Part shown: positions 36,621 through 49,211 of the stretch, piece by piece
How the letters are laid out: each line of letters starts with the position of its first letter
How positions within the stretch are numbered: position 1 is the stretch's first letter
From: Puccinia triticina
Taxonomy: Eukaryota
Assembly (NCBI GenBank): GCA_026914245.1
Contig: CP110440.1
Coordinates: 2,170,001 to 2,234,000, forward strand
Length of the DNA: 64,000 nucleotides
Reading direction: 5' to 3'
Made by a program: the position numbers and the translations under genes
The notes under the pieces: generated by a model
Databases searched by the model: none
The model's input: only the letters and a program-made list of their open reading frames with translations
Told to the model about the DNA's origin: nothing

Positions 36621-39600
36621 TCTTCATTTTACAGTCTCTACAGAGGTTATGAGCCCAGTATATTGGGTCAACAAAGACACATTGAAGACCAGATGAAGCT
36701 TTGGATAATCCTTAGAAAGATCCAACATTACCGCATTACGGCCCACCATTTTAACCACCTTAAAAGGACCGATAAACCTATAATCAAGCTTTGCATTAAT
36801 GCGCCGCGACTGAATAAATTTGCGCAGAAGCAAAACCTCGTCCCCTTCTTGATAAACCGGAGTTTCTTTCTTACCCTTATTGTAATACTCAGCCTGTTTG
36901 ACCCTCGCTTGATGCAAACACTCCATCGCCGTTTCTTGCGTTACCTGCAAGTCTACCAAAAATTTGTCCAAATTTTTCCTTCCTGTATTCTCAGTTAGTA
37001 CATTAAACCTTGGATGGAAACCATAAGTAAAGAAAAATGGGGAAATTTTTGTGCTCGCCAAGTCCAAATTATTTATAGAGAACTCCGCCATCTCTAAGCA
37101 TCTGTGCCAGTCGTCCTGATAATATGAACAAAAGTGTTGCAGATAGTCTTCTACTACTTGGTTCATTCGCTCGGTTTGCCCATCTGTTTGTGGATGATAA
37201 GCCGTCGACAAGGCCAGAAGTATACTCAAAGACTTTAACAAAGCCTTCCAAAAACCGCTTACGAACGTAGAACCCCGGTCCAAAACAATTTTATCGGGAA
37301 GACCGTGTAAACGAAAAATATTTTTCCTAAACAAATCAGCTAAAACCGCCGATGACGACGCCTCCTTACAAGGAATGAAGTGCGTCAGCTTGCTCAGAAG
37401 GTCAATCACAACTAAAATAGAGTCGAACCCCCCCAAAGTTGGTAACTTAACAATCATATCCATCCCAATCACGCTCCAAGGCTTTGGATTAGCAATTATG
37501 GAAACCAACTTTCCGTCTGCCGCTTGCCGCCGAGCCTTCACCCGCTGACAAGAATCGCAGCTGTTGACGTACTTGATAACAGAATCCTTCAACCCTGGCC
37601 AAGAAAAGGTTCGCGTCAACGTTGACAACGTCCTAGCGATGCCCGGGTGGCCTACAGTAGGTGAATCATGATAAAGAGAAATCAATCGCGTTCTCAACGC
37701 CGCCGGAACTAAAATTCTATCCCGATGCCAATAAACATTGTTAGCAAAGCGCAAAAATCTCCCCGTCTTCTCAGCCTCTGTGTAGTTTTTACCAAAGTAA
37801 TCCAACAAATCCTTTGAAGGCCGCTGGAAAAACAAATCGTGAGAGGTAAAAGGGGATAAGTCATCTGTAGACGACTCCTCGCAAGCCACCATCCGTCCGG
37901 AAATTAGATTAGTGTCAGTACTCCTGATTCTCTCTTCAAAGTAATCTTCTCGACGGGTCGGCCCGTCCGCCGGGTTCTTATATCCTAAAATATGATAAAT
38001 GAGCATATTAAAATTGTCTAGAAACAAAGCCCACCTCGCCTGTTTAGGCGATAAGTACTTAGCTGTCTTGAAGTAAAGCAAGTTCGAATGATCTGAAAAC
38101 ATTTTTACTGGATTCTCCGTACCCATCAACCACGCCCGCCACTCTTGGCAAGCAGAAACAATCGCCAGGAGCTCCAAGTCAAACACCTTCCATGATCGCT
38201 CTCTCTCTGTCAGCTTCCTTGAAAAGTAACTGACAGGAAGAACATCCCCTGCCTCGTTCGGCTGACTTAAAACTGCCGCTATAGCATAGCCTGAGCTTTC
38301 GACATGTACAATTCTATCCTGTGCGAAGTTAAAATGCAAAAGAAGTGGTTCATTAACAAACAAACGCTTCAAAGACTCGAATGCATGAACTGCATCCTCC
38401 GAATTCAACATAGTCGAATCACTATACTTCTCCTGTGTCAAAGTTGTTAAAGGCCCCGCCACCGTAGAAAACCGCGGTATGAAGCGCCGATAAAAATTTG
38501 TAAAGCCTAAAAACTTACGCAACCCTCTCACCGTAGCCGGAAAAGGCCACTGCTCAATTGTCAACAGCTTATTCCTATTCATTCTTAAACCCTTATCCGT
38601 AATGTCAAACCCCAAAAATGTCACCTTAGAGCAAAAGAATTCACACTTCGCCAACAAAGCTTTAAGAGAAAATTCCCGCAGCTTTCGCAAAATGCTATCT
38701 AAATCCTTCAAATGCTCGTCCCTAGTTTTGGAAAAAATTAAAATATCGTCAATATAGACGAAACAACATACATCCAAAAACTCTCGCAACACGTGTTGAA
38801 TGAAGTGTTGAAAAGTGGCAGGAGCATTAGCCAACCCAAACGGCATAACTTGATATTTGTACAAACCCCAGGGTGTTTGGAAAGCGGTTTTCCATTCGTC
38901 ACCTTCCGCGACACGAAGTAGATTGAAAGCTGCCTTCAAGTCTATTTTAGACAAAAACTTACAGCCCTGCAGATTATTAAGAAGGTGAGCGATAACCGGT
39001 AAAGGATAAGAATCCCTTACCGTCATGTTATTCAACAACCTATAATCAACGCAAGGTTGGTTAGCCTTTCCCGGAACCTTCACATAAAATATGGGAGCAG
39101 CAGCCGGGGAAGAAGAGACCCTAATGAAACCCTTAGCTAAGTTATCATCCACGTATGTCTTGAGCTCATCCCGCTCCGGCTTACTCAGATTATACATTTT
39201 CCCGAAAGGCGGCTCGGCTCCATCCTTCAGATTAATCTTGCAATCAAATTGACCCCTGTGCGGTGGCAAGTTTGCCAAAGACTCAGTTACAAAGACGTCA
39301 GAAAATTTCTCCGTAAGACTTCGCGATTCTCCGCAAGACAAATCATTAATTTCCTGTATACACTCATACATTACGATATCACCACTAGATCCTCCTACAA
39401 AAGAACCAGAGTCTCTTAACCATGAGTTTTCTAAGATAACATTTGCCAAAGCTAACTTGGTTAAATACAGTACAACATGAGAGGAAAGAAAGGAAACGGA
39501 AACCGTGGGGATAATAACATATCCTTTTGCATAGGAACTGATTTCTCCCGAGGACGCCAGAGAACCGTTGAAAGACTTGCAACGCAAGCCCACCGCCATC

Positions 39601-42525
39601 GGGAATATTTCCATTTTAACCTTATTAGCGTAATCAGAATCAATGAACAAAGCCGAAGCACCAGAATCAACCAACACATTTACATCAGCCTTGTTACTAT
39701 TATTTATCAGCAAACTACCACGAAAAAACGGACAATTATCCGGTCGAGGAGTTTTCACAACTAAATATGATTGCTTACAGTCTGAGGCATTCATCTTTTC
39801 CGCCAAACAAGCGTTAAAGAAAACCTCCCCAGCCGACATATCCTCCATATTAACCATTTCCGCCAACAACACCGGATCAGCGTCATCACCGCGAGCGCTC
39901 GCCGCTCTTTTCTTGAAGGGTAAACCGTCAACTTCTGCCAAAGATTGCCGTTTCTTGCCTTTGTCTTCTTGGTGGACTGGCGAAGTCGTACCACTCCGAC
40001 TCGCATGTGCTCGAACAGCCGACGAATTTGAAGGACGTCTGACCCCTTCCGGAGACGATTTAAGGTCTCCTCGCTTCTTCGCCTTGCTCCTTCGCGTTGA
40101 CCCCCCCCATTCCTTCCATAACGACAACATATCAGACAGATCCATCTTCATTTCGGCGCCAAGAGTACACCCCTGCTTGAGGTAATGAGAATTGTCGTAA
40201 GTACCCCCACACCGAATACAAATATTACGATACACGCAAGCTTGACGGAAGTCCTTGTAGTTGAAATCTGCCTCTTTTAACAAAGCCAAAACCTCATCGA
40301 CATCCATAGGATCTCCATCTGGCAGCTTAACACGCTGAGGATACGAAGTTGTCAGTTGAGGATTGACCCAAGCCCGATTTTCTCCCGGAGGATGATTTCG
40401 ATGATCCTGACCAGCGTGAGAAGGACCCTGTTTTTGATTGGAACGTGGGTCGAGGATCTTACTGACACCGGAGACATTCTTAGCCACGACCTCAGCGATA
40501 GCTTGACGAGAATCCAAATCAACTGTTTCATCCCATCGTCCTCAAAAAAGCGCCAACTTGATTATGTCCGGATCAATTGCTTTATCATATGCTACACATT
40601 TCGAACGGTCGGTTAATTGTAAGGGTCGCAGCAAGGATTTGAAGATAATATTGAATTCCTCAATAGACTTGTTTCCCTGGCGAGCCGCATGAAAAGCCGC
40701 TTCCGCATGTTCCAACTCGTGATGATCCTTGAACGTGTGCTCGATGGCACCAATAAAAGCCTCACAATCCCGCAACTCATTAAGAACGTAATCCATTTTC
40801 GCAGAGGCCGGCAAAGTCGGTAAATTGAGAGCCGATGCATTCTCAGAAAGCAATCCTCGCCACCAAACATACGACGGAACACTTTCGTCCATGCGACCTG
40901 TGTCTGACCAAAAATAAACAGAGATCCAAAGAATCTTCTGCTTCTCCGAATTGAATTGATCACCGATTCGCTCAAATGTGTTTCTCATAGAGAAACAAAA
41001 GTTTTTAGTTTCTCGAGGCATCCCGGTAAAATAAACGCCCGCCTTGTGAGGAGGCTCAATAAAAATTCGAGGACGCTCAACAGTCATTGGTCTTGATTCC
41101 AACCGACCCACTCGACCGTCGAATCCTTCCTTAAATCCCTCAAACGTTCCACGAAGATGCGCCATTGATTCATTTTGCGAAGACTGATAACCACGTAACT
41201 CCGAGAAAAACACGTCCTTAATGTTCTTATTCTCGGCCTGTAAATCCTTGATCGCCTTCTTGTCTTGTCGAGCTTGTGCCTTCAAAAGAGAGATTGATTC
41301 TGCTTGATCCTGAAGGCGAGAAGTTTGAACCGAGTTATTGACTCGTAAACCCAATAAAAGCGCCGAAACATCTTCCTCATTTTGACCCGCCATACCCGGA
41401 TTAGCACCACTTGAACCCGCAATAGGAAAGTCGACTCCAGAGATAGGAATATCGGTTCCGGGAATAGGTCGGGGAGAAAAGTTGATAAATGATGGGGAGT
41501 TGTGATTGAACGGAGAAGGAGATTGATTGGAAAAGAAGGGAGAAGCTTGAGCACGAATAGGTACTGGAGCTGTCATTTGTGGTTGAGTTGGAGGAGACAG
41601 AGAAAATCTTGGCGAAACTCTGACTGGAGTAATCGGAGAAATGACAGAGGGTTCTGACATGCCGAAAAATTTTATAATATGTATGTATATAACTCTATTT
41701 CTGAAGATCAATATATAATTGTGAGGACTCGGGTACTACTCAGTTTGCTATGTAAGGCTATGAAACTATCCAAGAGGATAGTTTGCCAATGCTTGAGTAA
41801 TAACTAAGATTATAGTTCTATGCGATTGCAATAGAAGTAAGATTCACAATGGTAATGTAGTCTTTCCGAGAGGTTGGAGATTTCTCGGATACACGAAGAA
41901 GATAGTAATGGATGAAATGAAAAAGAATATATTGATGGGGAAAAGAAGAGAAAGGGAAAAGAGGACAACATGAAAACCAAAGAAAGATAAAAACAAGAAT
42001 CCAAATCGAACCAACAAGGATCGTGAAAGAGATACGTCATGATCATTCGGATAAGCTCAATTAATCCACCATTAGGATTAGTAACCCAAAGCGCATGACA
42101 AGAGATTTGCCAACCGGCAAATTCGCCGGATGAATAAGCATTCCCCGCCCAGTAACGAAAAACAAGATGTTACACCAGGGGACCACAATAACAATCTGAA
42201 ACTGTAGGTCATGTTTGGGCCTATCCCCTCTTGATAAAGCATTGGCGGCGTTTTCCTTTGATGTTACGCGTCTGGGAACAATATCAATCTCCATCTCCAC
42301 TAGGGTCTTTTGGATAATTTTCCATTCATTATTGACCGCGTGGTGTTTTGATTTCTGTTTCCGTATCGTGTCTTTGGTAGTTGTATTGTCGGTCCAGACT
42401 ATCAATGTTTTCCCCGGTCTAATGCCCAGTTGTTGTAGAGCAATTAGTCTGAGCCTGATTGCTACTGTTTCAAGCCAGGCTATGTCCCTCTTCTGTTCCA
42501 GGCCTTTATTCCATTCTTCTGTCAG

Positions 42526-43758
42526 TCAAAATTGGGCCCATCTTCTTCCAATGAGGATTCCTATTCCGAATCCTGTAGATGCGTCACCCACCCACCCAAT
42601 TCCGACAGGGTCTGGGTTCTGGATCATTCTTGTGTCTTCGTAGTGAAGCAATGTTGAAAGCCAATATTCTAGGACGGCTTCCGCATCTTTTGGGAGAGTC
42701 CTTTCCTTGTTCTGGTGTACCCAGTTGTTCATCCATCTATATAAACTGTTCAGGTAGCAGCGGAGCTGGGGGAGGATATATGAGACGTGGTTTAGACGAC
42801 CCGCTAGCTGTTCAACTTGTGCAAAGGAGAATTCTGCTTCCAGGATTAGGAATGCTTTAACTTGTTGGACACATTGGAATTTCTTGTTGCTTGGGAGCCG
42901 GACTGTTTTCTTTGTTGCGTTCCAGATAAATCCAATGTATTTTTGTTCTTCCTTAAAGGGGGAGAATTTGGTTGCATTTGTCTTGACTCCTAATTGTTCT
43001 GATCTTTTTACAATGTGACTCATTTCTACCGTTGATTGGAGTGTCTTCACGAATAGGTTATTGTCAACCCACCGAAAGACTTCCACTAGATTGAATCCTT
43101 TTTCCATGAGGTCTTTCCAGGCATCGGCTGGTCTCCCAAAGGAACCGCATCCCGCTACGCCGCCAAATGTGATCCTGGTGTCAATTAAGATGCCGCCGTT
43201 GAAGTCTCTCACCATGAGATAACGCCATTGGGATTTGTCTGTTGGGATTTGCCTATAGGCTCTCTCCCAGTCAAAGAGAGCAAGCAGGAGTGGTTGGGTT
43301 TGACTTCTGAAAAATTTAGAGATTTTTTTGAAGTTGTCCCATGTTGTTAAGTAGTCTAGCTTGTCTACAAACAAATTCACAGAGGGCATGTTGGGGTCGT
43401 TCCGTGGGAACAACAGATTGTTGATTGGTCTTATTGATCCGTCTCCGTTGACCGCTGCCCCCAGGGGGTTGGACCGGAAAAACCCGTATCTTGTCATCAG
43501 TTGCTTGTGCGTGTACGGGCCAAACATCCTCCCTGCCGCTATCTCTTTCGCAATGGTCGCTTTGATCTTTTCTTTGGCTAGGAGGGCGCCTTGATGGTTT
43601 GGTGGGTTATAGTATGGGACATCTGGTCCCAGATTGTGTTCCGGTATACCTTGGTGAAAGCCTCTCTTGAAACCTCTGACCACATCGCTGTAATCATGTA
43701 GGAGTCCTGCATTGGTTAAGGCCCTCTCCCCTTCTTCAATATTCATTTCGCAGATCAC
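42526..43758 (-). pseudogene. RT of YR copy 3 (WVDD changed to WVDN; premature stop before the end of RNase H)
   Basis: FDWERAYRQIP, RITFGGVAGCGSFG, FRWVDNNLF. Confidence 0.9.
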
Positions 43759-44250
43759 CTTAGTTGGCCACCTCGGATGCTCCTTTTCTATTTCTCCGGA
43801 GCTTTGAGGTTGTTCTGGCTCATAGGGGATCGAGTTCTCACATTCTGTCTCCCTAAAGACACAAGAGGCCTGTGTTAGAATCCATCTATCATTTTCATTT
43901 CATATCTATGTCACATGAATCATTTGTTTTGTGTTTTGGGGAAATAGGGCCGAGAGAGGAGAAAACAATTTCGGATTGGGAATATGAGAGGGGTAGTTTG
44001 AACCATGAGAAGTCGGGAAGGTGTTAAGTCTGGTGGATGATACTAGGACAAGGAGCGAGGGGGGAAAGAAGGAAGAGACAAAAAGGGGAAGGAACAAGGA
44101 GGCAGAGAAATAGAGTGGAGTCTTGGCGAGGTTTTGGACTATGGTCTGACGGCTTGGCCAATATTCAGAAGGGAGCTGTCCTGGGTGGAGGTGATGGTTG
44201 GGGGAGAGATTCTTATCAGGGGGTTGTTTAGGAAAATATGTTGGGCGTGA

Positions 44251-45841
44251 TTAAGTGGGAGAGTTGCACTTACTGGTCTTGGTTGCGGTTCCTAACGCTT
44301 CCGCCAATGTGGTTGGGATTGAAGTTTTTTCCCTTGTAGCCGCTTCCCGGGAGGCCTCAGCTTGACTTGGGTGGGAGGGATAGGGTACCGGTGGTTGAGG
44401 TTGGGGTTTCTTCCAAGCTGGGCTTGCCGGTTGGTTTAGGTTTTGCTGACACCGTTTAATTTTGTTGGACTGGGCGGCTGGCTTTTTGTGGTCTGATGCC
44501 CTTGATTGGGTCTCCTCCAACCTTGTTATCGCCAATGGCGTAGGGGTTCTCCGCAAGACCTATTTCGTTAAAGTCTTGGCATGTTGATATCACTTCATCT
44601 GCCGTTTCTTGTTTGAATTGTGATATGTCTGAGAACAATTCTTCACCGTTTTCTTTCACTCTGAATGCAAAGGCATTGTTCCGGATACAAACATTGTAAC
44701 GGAGAGCTACCATGAAACCGTGCTTTCTGTGGAGGCGGTCGCAGTGATCTTTGTGGACTAAGATCCACTCTGCGAGTTGGGGGTAATTGTATCTATCCCG
44801 CATTGTGGTGTGGAAACAACGGTGGTTGAGTGTCCAATCAGAGAACGTCTGTGAGAACTCGTCTGGGACCGGGTATCCGTGGTAACGGAATCCCTTCTCG
44901 GCTGCCGTTTCATCAGTCTTTTGCCGGTTCTTTGAATGATAGGATAGGGCGTTTTCTTGCCAGATTCAGTTGAAGCTTGTCAAGAAGAGTGGACCCTTGC
45001 ACTCCAGCAGAGGTTTGTGGAAGTACGGAGTGAAGCCGCCGTCGTTGTGGGAGTTCGTACGACCTCCTATGAATTTGATGGTTCTTACTTGGGTCGACTC
45101 TTTGACCATTGAGGGTCTCTTCCGTGGGATCACCAGATTGGTCGCCGAAAGCGTGACATCATTGTTGATTGCAACTTTCTTCATCTTTGGTGCTTGATTG
45201 GCTAGGATCGCCTTGTACATCAATGTGTAACGTTTGGCTTTTGCGTCATCGCCGGCTCCATCGGCTTTCATAATCTTTTCCATTAGGAACTTCCGTGCGT
45301 CTTGGTTGACATCTTCCTCTGATTCTTGAGGTGCGTGCTGCGTCTCTTTAGCTGGGGGTGCTATCTGCTTTGGATCTGTTTGGATTGGGTTGGTTCTCAG
45401 CTCTGTATTCCTAGGGACATGGGGTTTGCTTTATAGTGGCCGCTCTCTTACCGCTTGGGTTGCCAAAGATCTCCGCTATCTCTGGATCTTTAATTGATCC
45501 TCTGGGCGCCTCCTCCGAGTCTGGGCATGACGCGCTTGCGGGTAACGGGTTCTTGCTTGCAGAGCAAGTGACTGGCTTCCCGCCTTTAGCGGTTTTCGAA
45601 CCTGCGGAGTTTCCAACAGTTAGGATTTGCTGCCTACGACTTTTTGGAGGATGTCTGTGCTTGGCTCACCTTTTGGGTTTTTCGAGTTGGGGACTGCCGG
45701 TTGTGACAATGAATTAACATCTGTGTCTATCTCAATGGTTGGGTTGGGGTTTGTGCCCGCCATTTGGCTGGTCTCCCCGGCTGCTTGAGCGCTTTGGTGG
45801 GCCGCGGCTTTAACACTATTGCTAGAGTCTTGGATATTCAA
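44251..45841 (-). pseudogene. Gag-like ORF of YR copy 3, several stops
   Basis: Fragments similar to 1202-2571. Confidence 0.7.
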
Positions 45842-47569
45842 GCCTGAAATTATGAATTTGGAAGTGTGAGAGTCGTGTTGAAAAGGAGATCTAAATAAGT
45901 TTGGGGATTTGTTGTGTTTGCGTTGTTGTTTAGACTGGAGTTTTGAGTTTGGAGTCTGGGGATCGAAAGTCTAAAGGATATACCTTCTTCGGAGAATAAG
46001 GGTTATTTCAAGGAGAAGGGAAAAGGGTTTAGGGTTCGAGAAAATTTGGGATGAGGAGGTTATGAGGCAAGCGCCTGTAAGTGAGTGAGGATGGTTGGAA
46101 GGGGGAGGATGGCGAAGGAGGTAAGACCAAGTTCGCTGTGGGAAGGCAGTTCTGGGCAAGAGGGGGAGAAAGGACTCGTGAGGGAGTTCGCCTCTTCGCA
46201 TCCCCTTTGGTCCTGTACCATACACCTTCCTGTCAGTGCCGCGTGATGCGGGTTGTCGCCTCCTTGCGTGCGACGCAGGGGCTTGGCATGTACAGGACCT
46301 GGCTGGGCGGTCCCCATGGACTCGACCCACCTCCCACTACGCTCCCGGTAAGAAGCGGGAATGGACGAGTTCCCCCCTGTCCATGAAGGCGGCTAAGCGA
46401 GCGGCGGCTGGGTGATTGAGCCAGAAGCTCTGCGTCATGCGCAGGCTTTGTTACGGCCCAAAGCCGAGGTTCATATATGACCTCCTCTCTGACGGAGAAG
46501 AAGCCACGAACTCCCCTCGCTTCTTCTCCGTCTCCTCTGATCACCAACGCCGCTCACTTCAGAGTCGCGAGCATTTTCAGACACTCAAACTCAGATTGAA
46601 AGACTGTCAGACACAATCTACCTCCTCTCTATCCTTTTCATTATACTTTTTCGTCTCATCGTCATCATTTCTTTACCTCACTTGGGTACGGTTTTTTATC
46701 ATCAGTAAACCATTTTTCTTCCACGCGTGTCAAAGGGATCATCCCCACATCCGCATTGACGATTGATTGAAACATATAGTTACAGAGTTTATATACATTT
46801 GTGAAGTAAGGACCGCTGTCCTCAAATCCAACGTCTCGACATCGCAATAATTTTTCTATACGCGCCGTCAAAGGGTCATTTGCCCCGTATCCGCTATCCC
46901 TTTTATCATCGGCACCAAACACGAGTGCCGAGATTGATAGTCGACAATAGTTGTTGTAAGTCATCTGACTTGTGGGCAGATAAGTCCAAAGGCATTTTAG
47001 CCACAAGACGTCCAAATATTAATTCATACACATTTTTTTTTTTTGATGTATCAGGTGCAATTCCACTGAGTCCAGAGATCAATAGTCAATCAGAACGGTT
47101 ATCGGGAGATATTGTGAATTTGTATTGGTCCATCAAGACCGCAGTCAAAACAAGACTGCATTGTGAGTCAATTGACTTGTGTAACTGGAAAGTCCATAGG
47201 ATTTTTGCCATAAGACGTACACATATTAATTCATACCTATTTCGTACATGGTTTTAAATCGCAACAATTGTAAATAGGCAAAATAAGGCATAAGGCGCTT
47301 AGCCAACTGCTCCAGAAGATACCAACACTCACCCTACTGGACCAACCAATCCCCTTCCTGAAAATCCAGTTCCAATCAATCCTTTACCCCAACCTACCAA
47401 CACCTTCAATCAGTACAGAGGAAGCAATGGCCCCAACAATCCTCAGTTTCAATCTACCAATGCCTTCAATCAGTACAGGGACAACATACCTGAACCTTCT
47501 GAAAGCTCTCACCTAGGACTCAGATAAAGGATCACACCTCCAGCCCCATCTGTATCTTCCAAGAATTCT

Positions 47570-48703
47570 GTGGTCTACTTTTTGGAGAAGGAAGCTAGGA
47601 TGCCAGCCTACAAAGGACCAATCAAAGGAGTCAAAATCAAGCCCTTGGACAAGGAACTCTGCTTTGATGGGACCAACATCACCATTGAAAACTTTATTAA
47701 CATGTATGAAAATGTAGGATCAACTGATGGAGCTTCTTCTATAGATTTGGTCAGACAGGTTGTTTCTTTTCTCAAGGGGGAGGCCATCAAGGAAGAAGTG
47801 GAACAAATGGAGGCTTACAGGAACCAGAACTGGGAGGACCTCAAGAAGCAACTACTGGACAGATATGGATCCCCACTCCCTTTGGTCAGATATACCAGGA
47901 GGGACCTCACTCAATTAGTCAACAACTCAATCCAGGCTGGAGGGATCAAAACTTCAGAAGACTTCAGGTTGTTCAACAATAAATATTCAGTCATTACTAA
48001 TGACCTCTTGAGAATGAAACAGTGCTCCCACCTGGAGGAATTCAGAGAATTTCTATTGGATGCCCTTAGCCCAGAACTGGAATCAGCTGTCACCAAGGAA
48101 CTCATCAAGTGCAATGAAATGCTGGCCTCAGAGGATGGAGGAATGATTCTACCCCTGACTGCAACCATTTTCTCCTTCATAGTCAGAGAAGTCCATTCAG
48201 CATCAGTCATGGAAAGGAGGAAACTCTTCAAAATGGCTCTTCCCCAGGATCAAAAGGACTCAACTCTTCCAGTAACCAAGGCCCCTCCTTCCGCCTCTCA
48301 GCCCATGGCTCCTCCTTCCAGGTTTCAACCTCAGACTACCATCTCCCAGGCCCCTAAATCTACAGACCAGAAACTAGAGGAAATCACCAAACAGTTAGCA
48401 GCCCTCTCTGCAGGAAATTCAGCCCCTCCTCACCTTATTGGCACAAACCCTGGAAAACAGCACACCCCTTCTCCAAGGAAAAACCCAGACTTCAAGTGCT
48501 TCTATTGCTTTCAGAACACCCATAGAGCCAGGAAATGTGCAGTACTCAACTATGACATAGAAATAGGATCAGTAATCAAGGATGGCAATCAATACAAACT
48601 TCCAGACAACTCTACCATTCCTTGGGATACCAGCAGGCCAATCAAACCCATAGTGGACCAATTCTCCAAGGACAGGATTTCAGCTTCTCCCAATAGGACC
48701 TAA
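47570..48703 (+). CDS. Retrotransposon Gag-like protein with CCHC knuckle
   Basis: FDGTNITIENFINMYE, WEDLKKQLL and CFYCFQNTHRARKC (CX2CX4HX4C). No pol follows. A-run at 48858-48882. Confidence 0.8.
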   Translation: MVYFLEKEARMPAYKGPIKGVKIKPLDKELCFDGTNITIENFINMYENVGSTDGASSIDLVRQVVSFLKGEAIKEEVEQMEAYRNQNWEDLKKQLLDRYGSPLPLVRYTRRDLTQLVNNSIQAGGIKTSEDFRLFNNKYSVITNDLLRMKQCSHLEEFREFLLDALSPELESAVTKELIKCNEMLASEDGGMILPLTATIFSFIVREVHSASVMERRKLFKMALPQDQKDSTLPVTKAPPSASQPMAPPSRFQPQTTISQAPKSTDQKLEEITKQLAALSAGNSAPPHLIGTNPGKQHTPSPRKNPDFKCFYCFQNTHRARKCAVLNYDIEIGSVIKDGNQYKLPDNSTIPWDTSRPIKPIVDQFSKDRISASPNRT

Positions 48704-48912
48704 AACCCTTTCAGAACCAACATCAACACTCTATGCCACCTATGCCTGATCAAAATATGAAACCACCTTAAAAATAAAATAAAATAAAACCATTAAACCA
48801 ACCTATTCCCCTTCCTCTCAATCCTCCTCTCAGTAATCCACCATTTATCTCTCTTTCAAAAAAAAAAAAAAAAAAAAAAAAAATCAGCCTCTTCTTCCCT
48901 TTTTTAATAAAA

Positions 48913-48940
48913 CTAGAGGACAAGGCGGCTTCGCCGACGC
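48913..48940 (-). other. Helitron-like 3' terminus
   Basis: Minus strand reads GTCGGC-GAA-GCCGCC-TTGTCCT-CTAG-T, closely resembling 8285-8311. Confidence 0.65.
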
Positions 48941-49211
48941 AGGTTTATGGTCCACCCTCATAGCTGAGTGCTGCATATAAATTACTCTATTCAGGTTGTG
49001 ATGGATAATCACTTTACCATAAGTTCCACCTTGACCAAAAGCATATTCCTCAAATCAGCCTTCATGCCTAGTTCATTATGCTTTAATTAAATATGATTGA
49101 GCTAATCTCTCTGCATTTGAGATTAGATATGCTTGTATGTAGTGATGCTTATACTAAGACTATCTTGTCTAATCTCCAGCATATCCCTAAACTGACTTGG
49201 CCGTGCGTCAG

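Larger units (their letters stand above)
36006..36642 (+). mobile_element. TRIM (637 bp) with tRNA-like module in each LTR
   Basis: 215-bp LTRs at 36006-36220 and 36428-36642 (TG..CA, 2 differences), PBS GGTTATGAGCCCAG at 36221, PPT AAGGGGGGG before 36428, 207-bp non-coding interior. Confidence 0.92.
35695..41660 (-). pseudogene. Single-frame gag-pol with one in-frame TGA (40542) and the chromodomain split off by the TRIM
   Basis: ORFs 40542..41711 and 36624..40517 share a frame. Motifs VLVDSGAS, YIDDILIF, HDSPTVGHPG..CDSC, TDGQTERMNQ and FIGPF. Chromodomain YLISWKGSTPGEDTWVSE in 35695..35994. Confidence 0.93.
35227..42174 (-). mobile_element. Ty3/gypsy chromovirus
   Basis: 455-bp LTRs at 35227-35681 and 41720-42174 (TGT..ACA), TSD CCAGG, order PR-RT-RH-IN-chromodomain. 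Confidence 0.97.
33276..46600 (-). mobile_element. YR retrotransposon copy 3, near full length, split by the gypsy insertion
   Basis: gag (about 44251-45841), RT (42526-43758), RNase H (42175-42525, finishing left of 35227) and YR (33900-35028). Removing the gypsy restores ..IVVPWDLENRLFQV*. The 5' boundary is approximate. Confidence 0.9.

Noticed and set aside
46608..47270. LTR for the gag at 47570, or a gene in ORF 46665..47015
   Set aside because: No partner LTR, PBS, TSD or recognisable domain.
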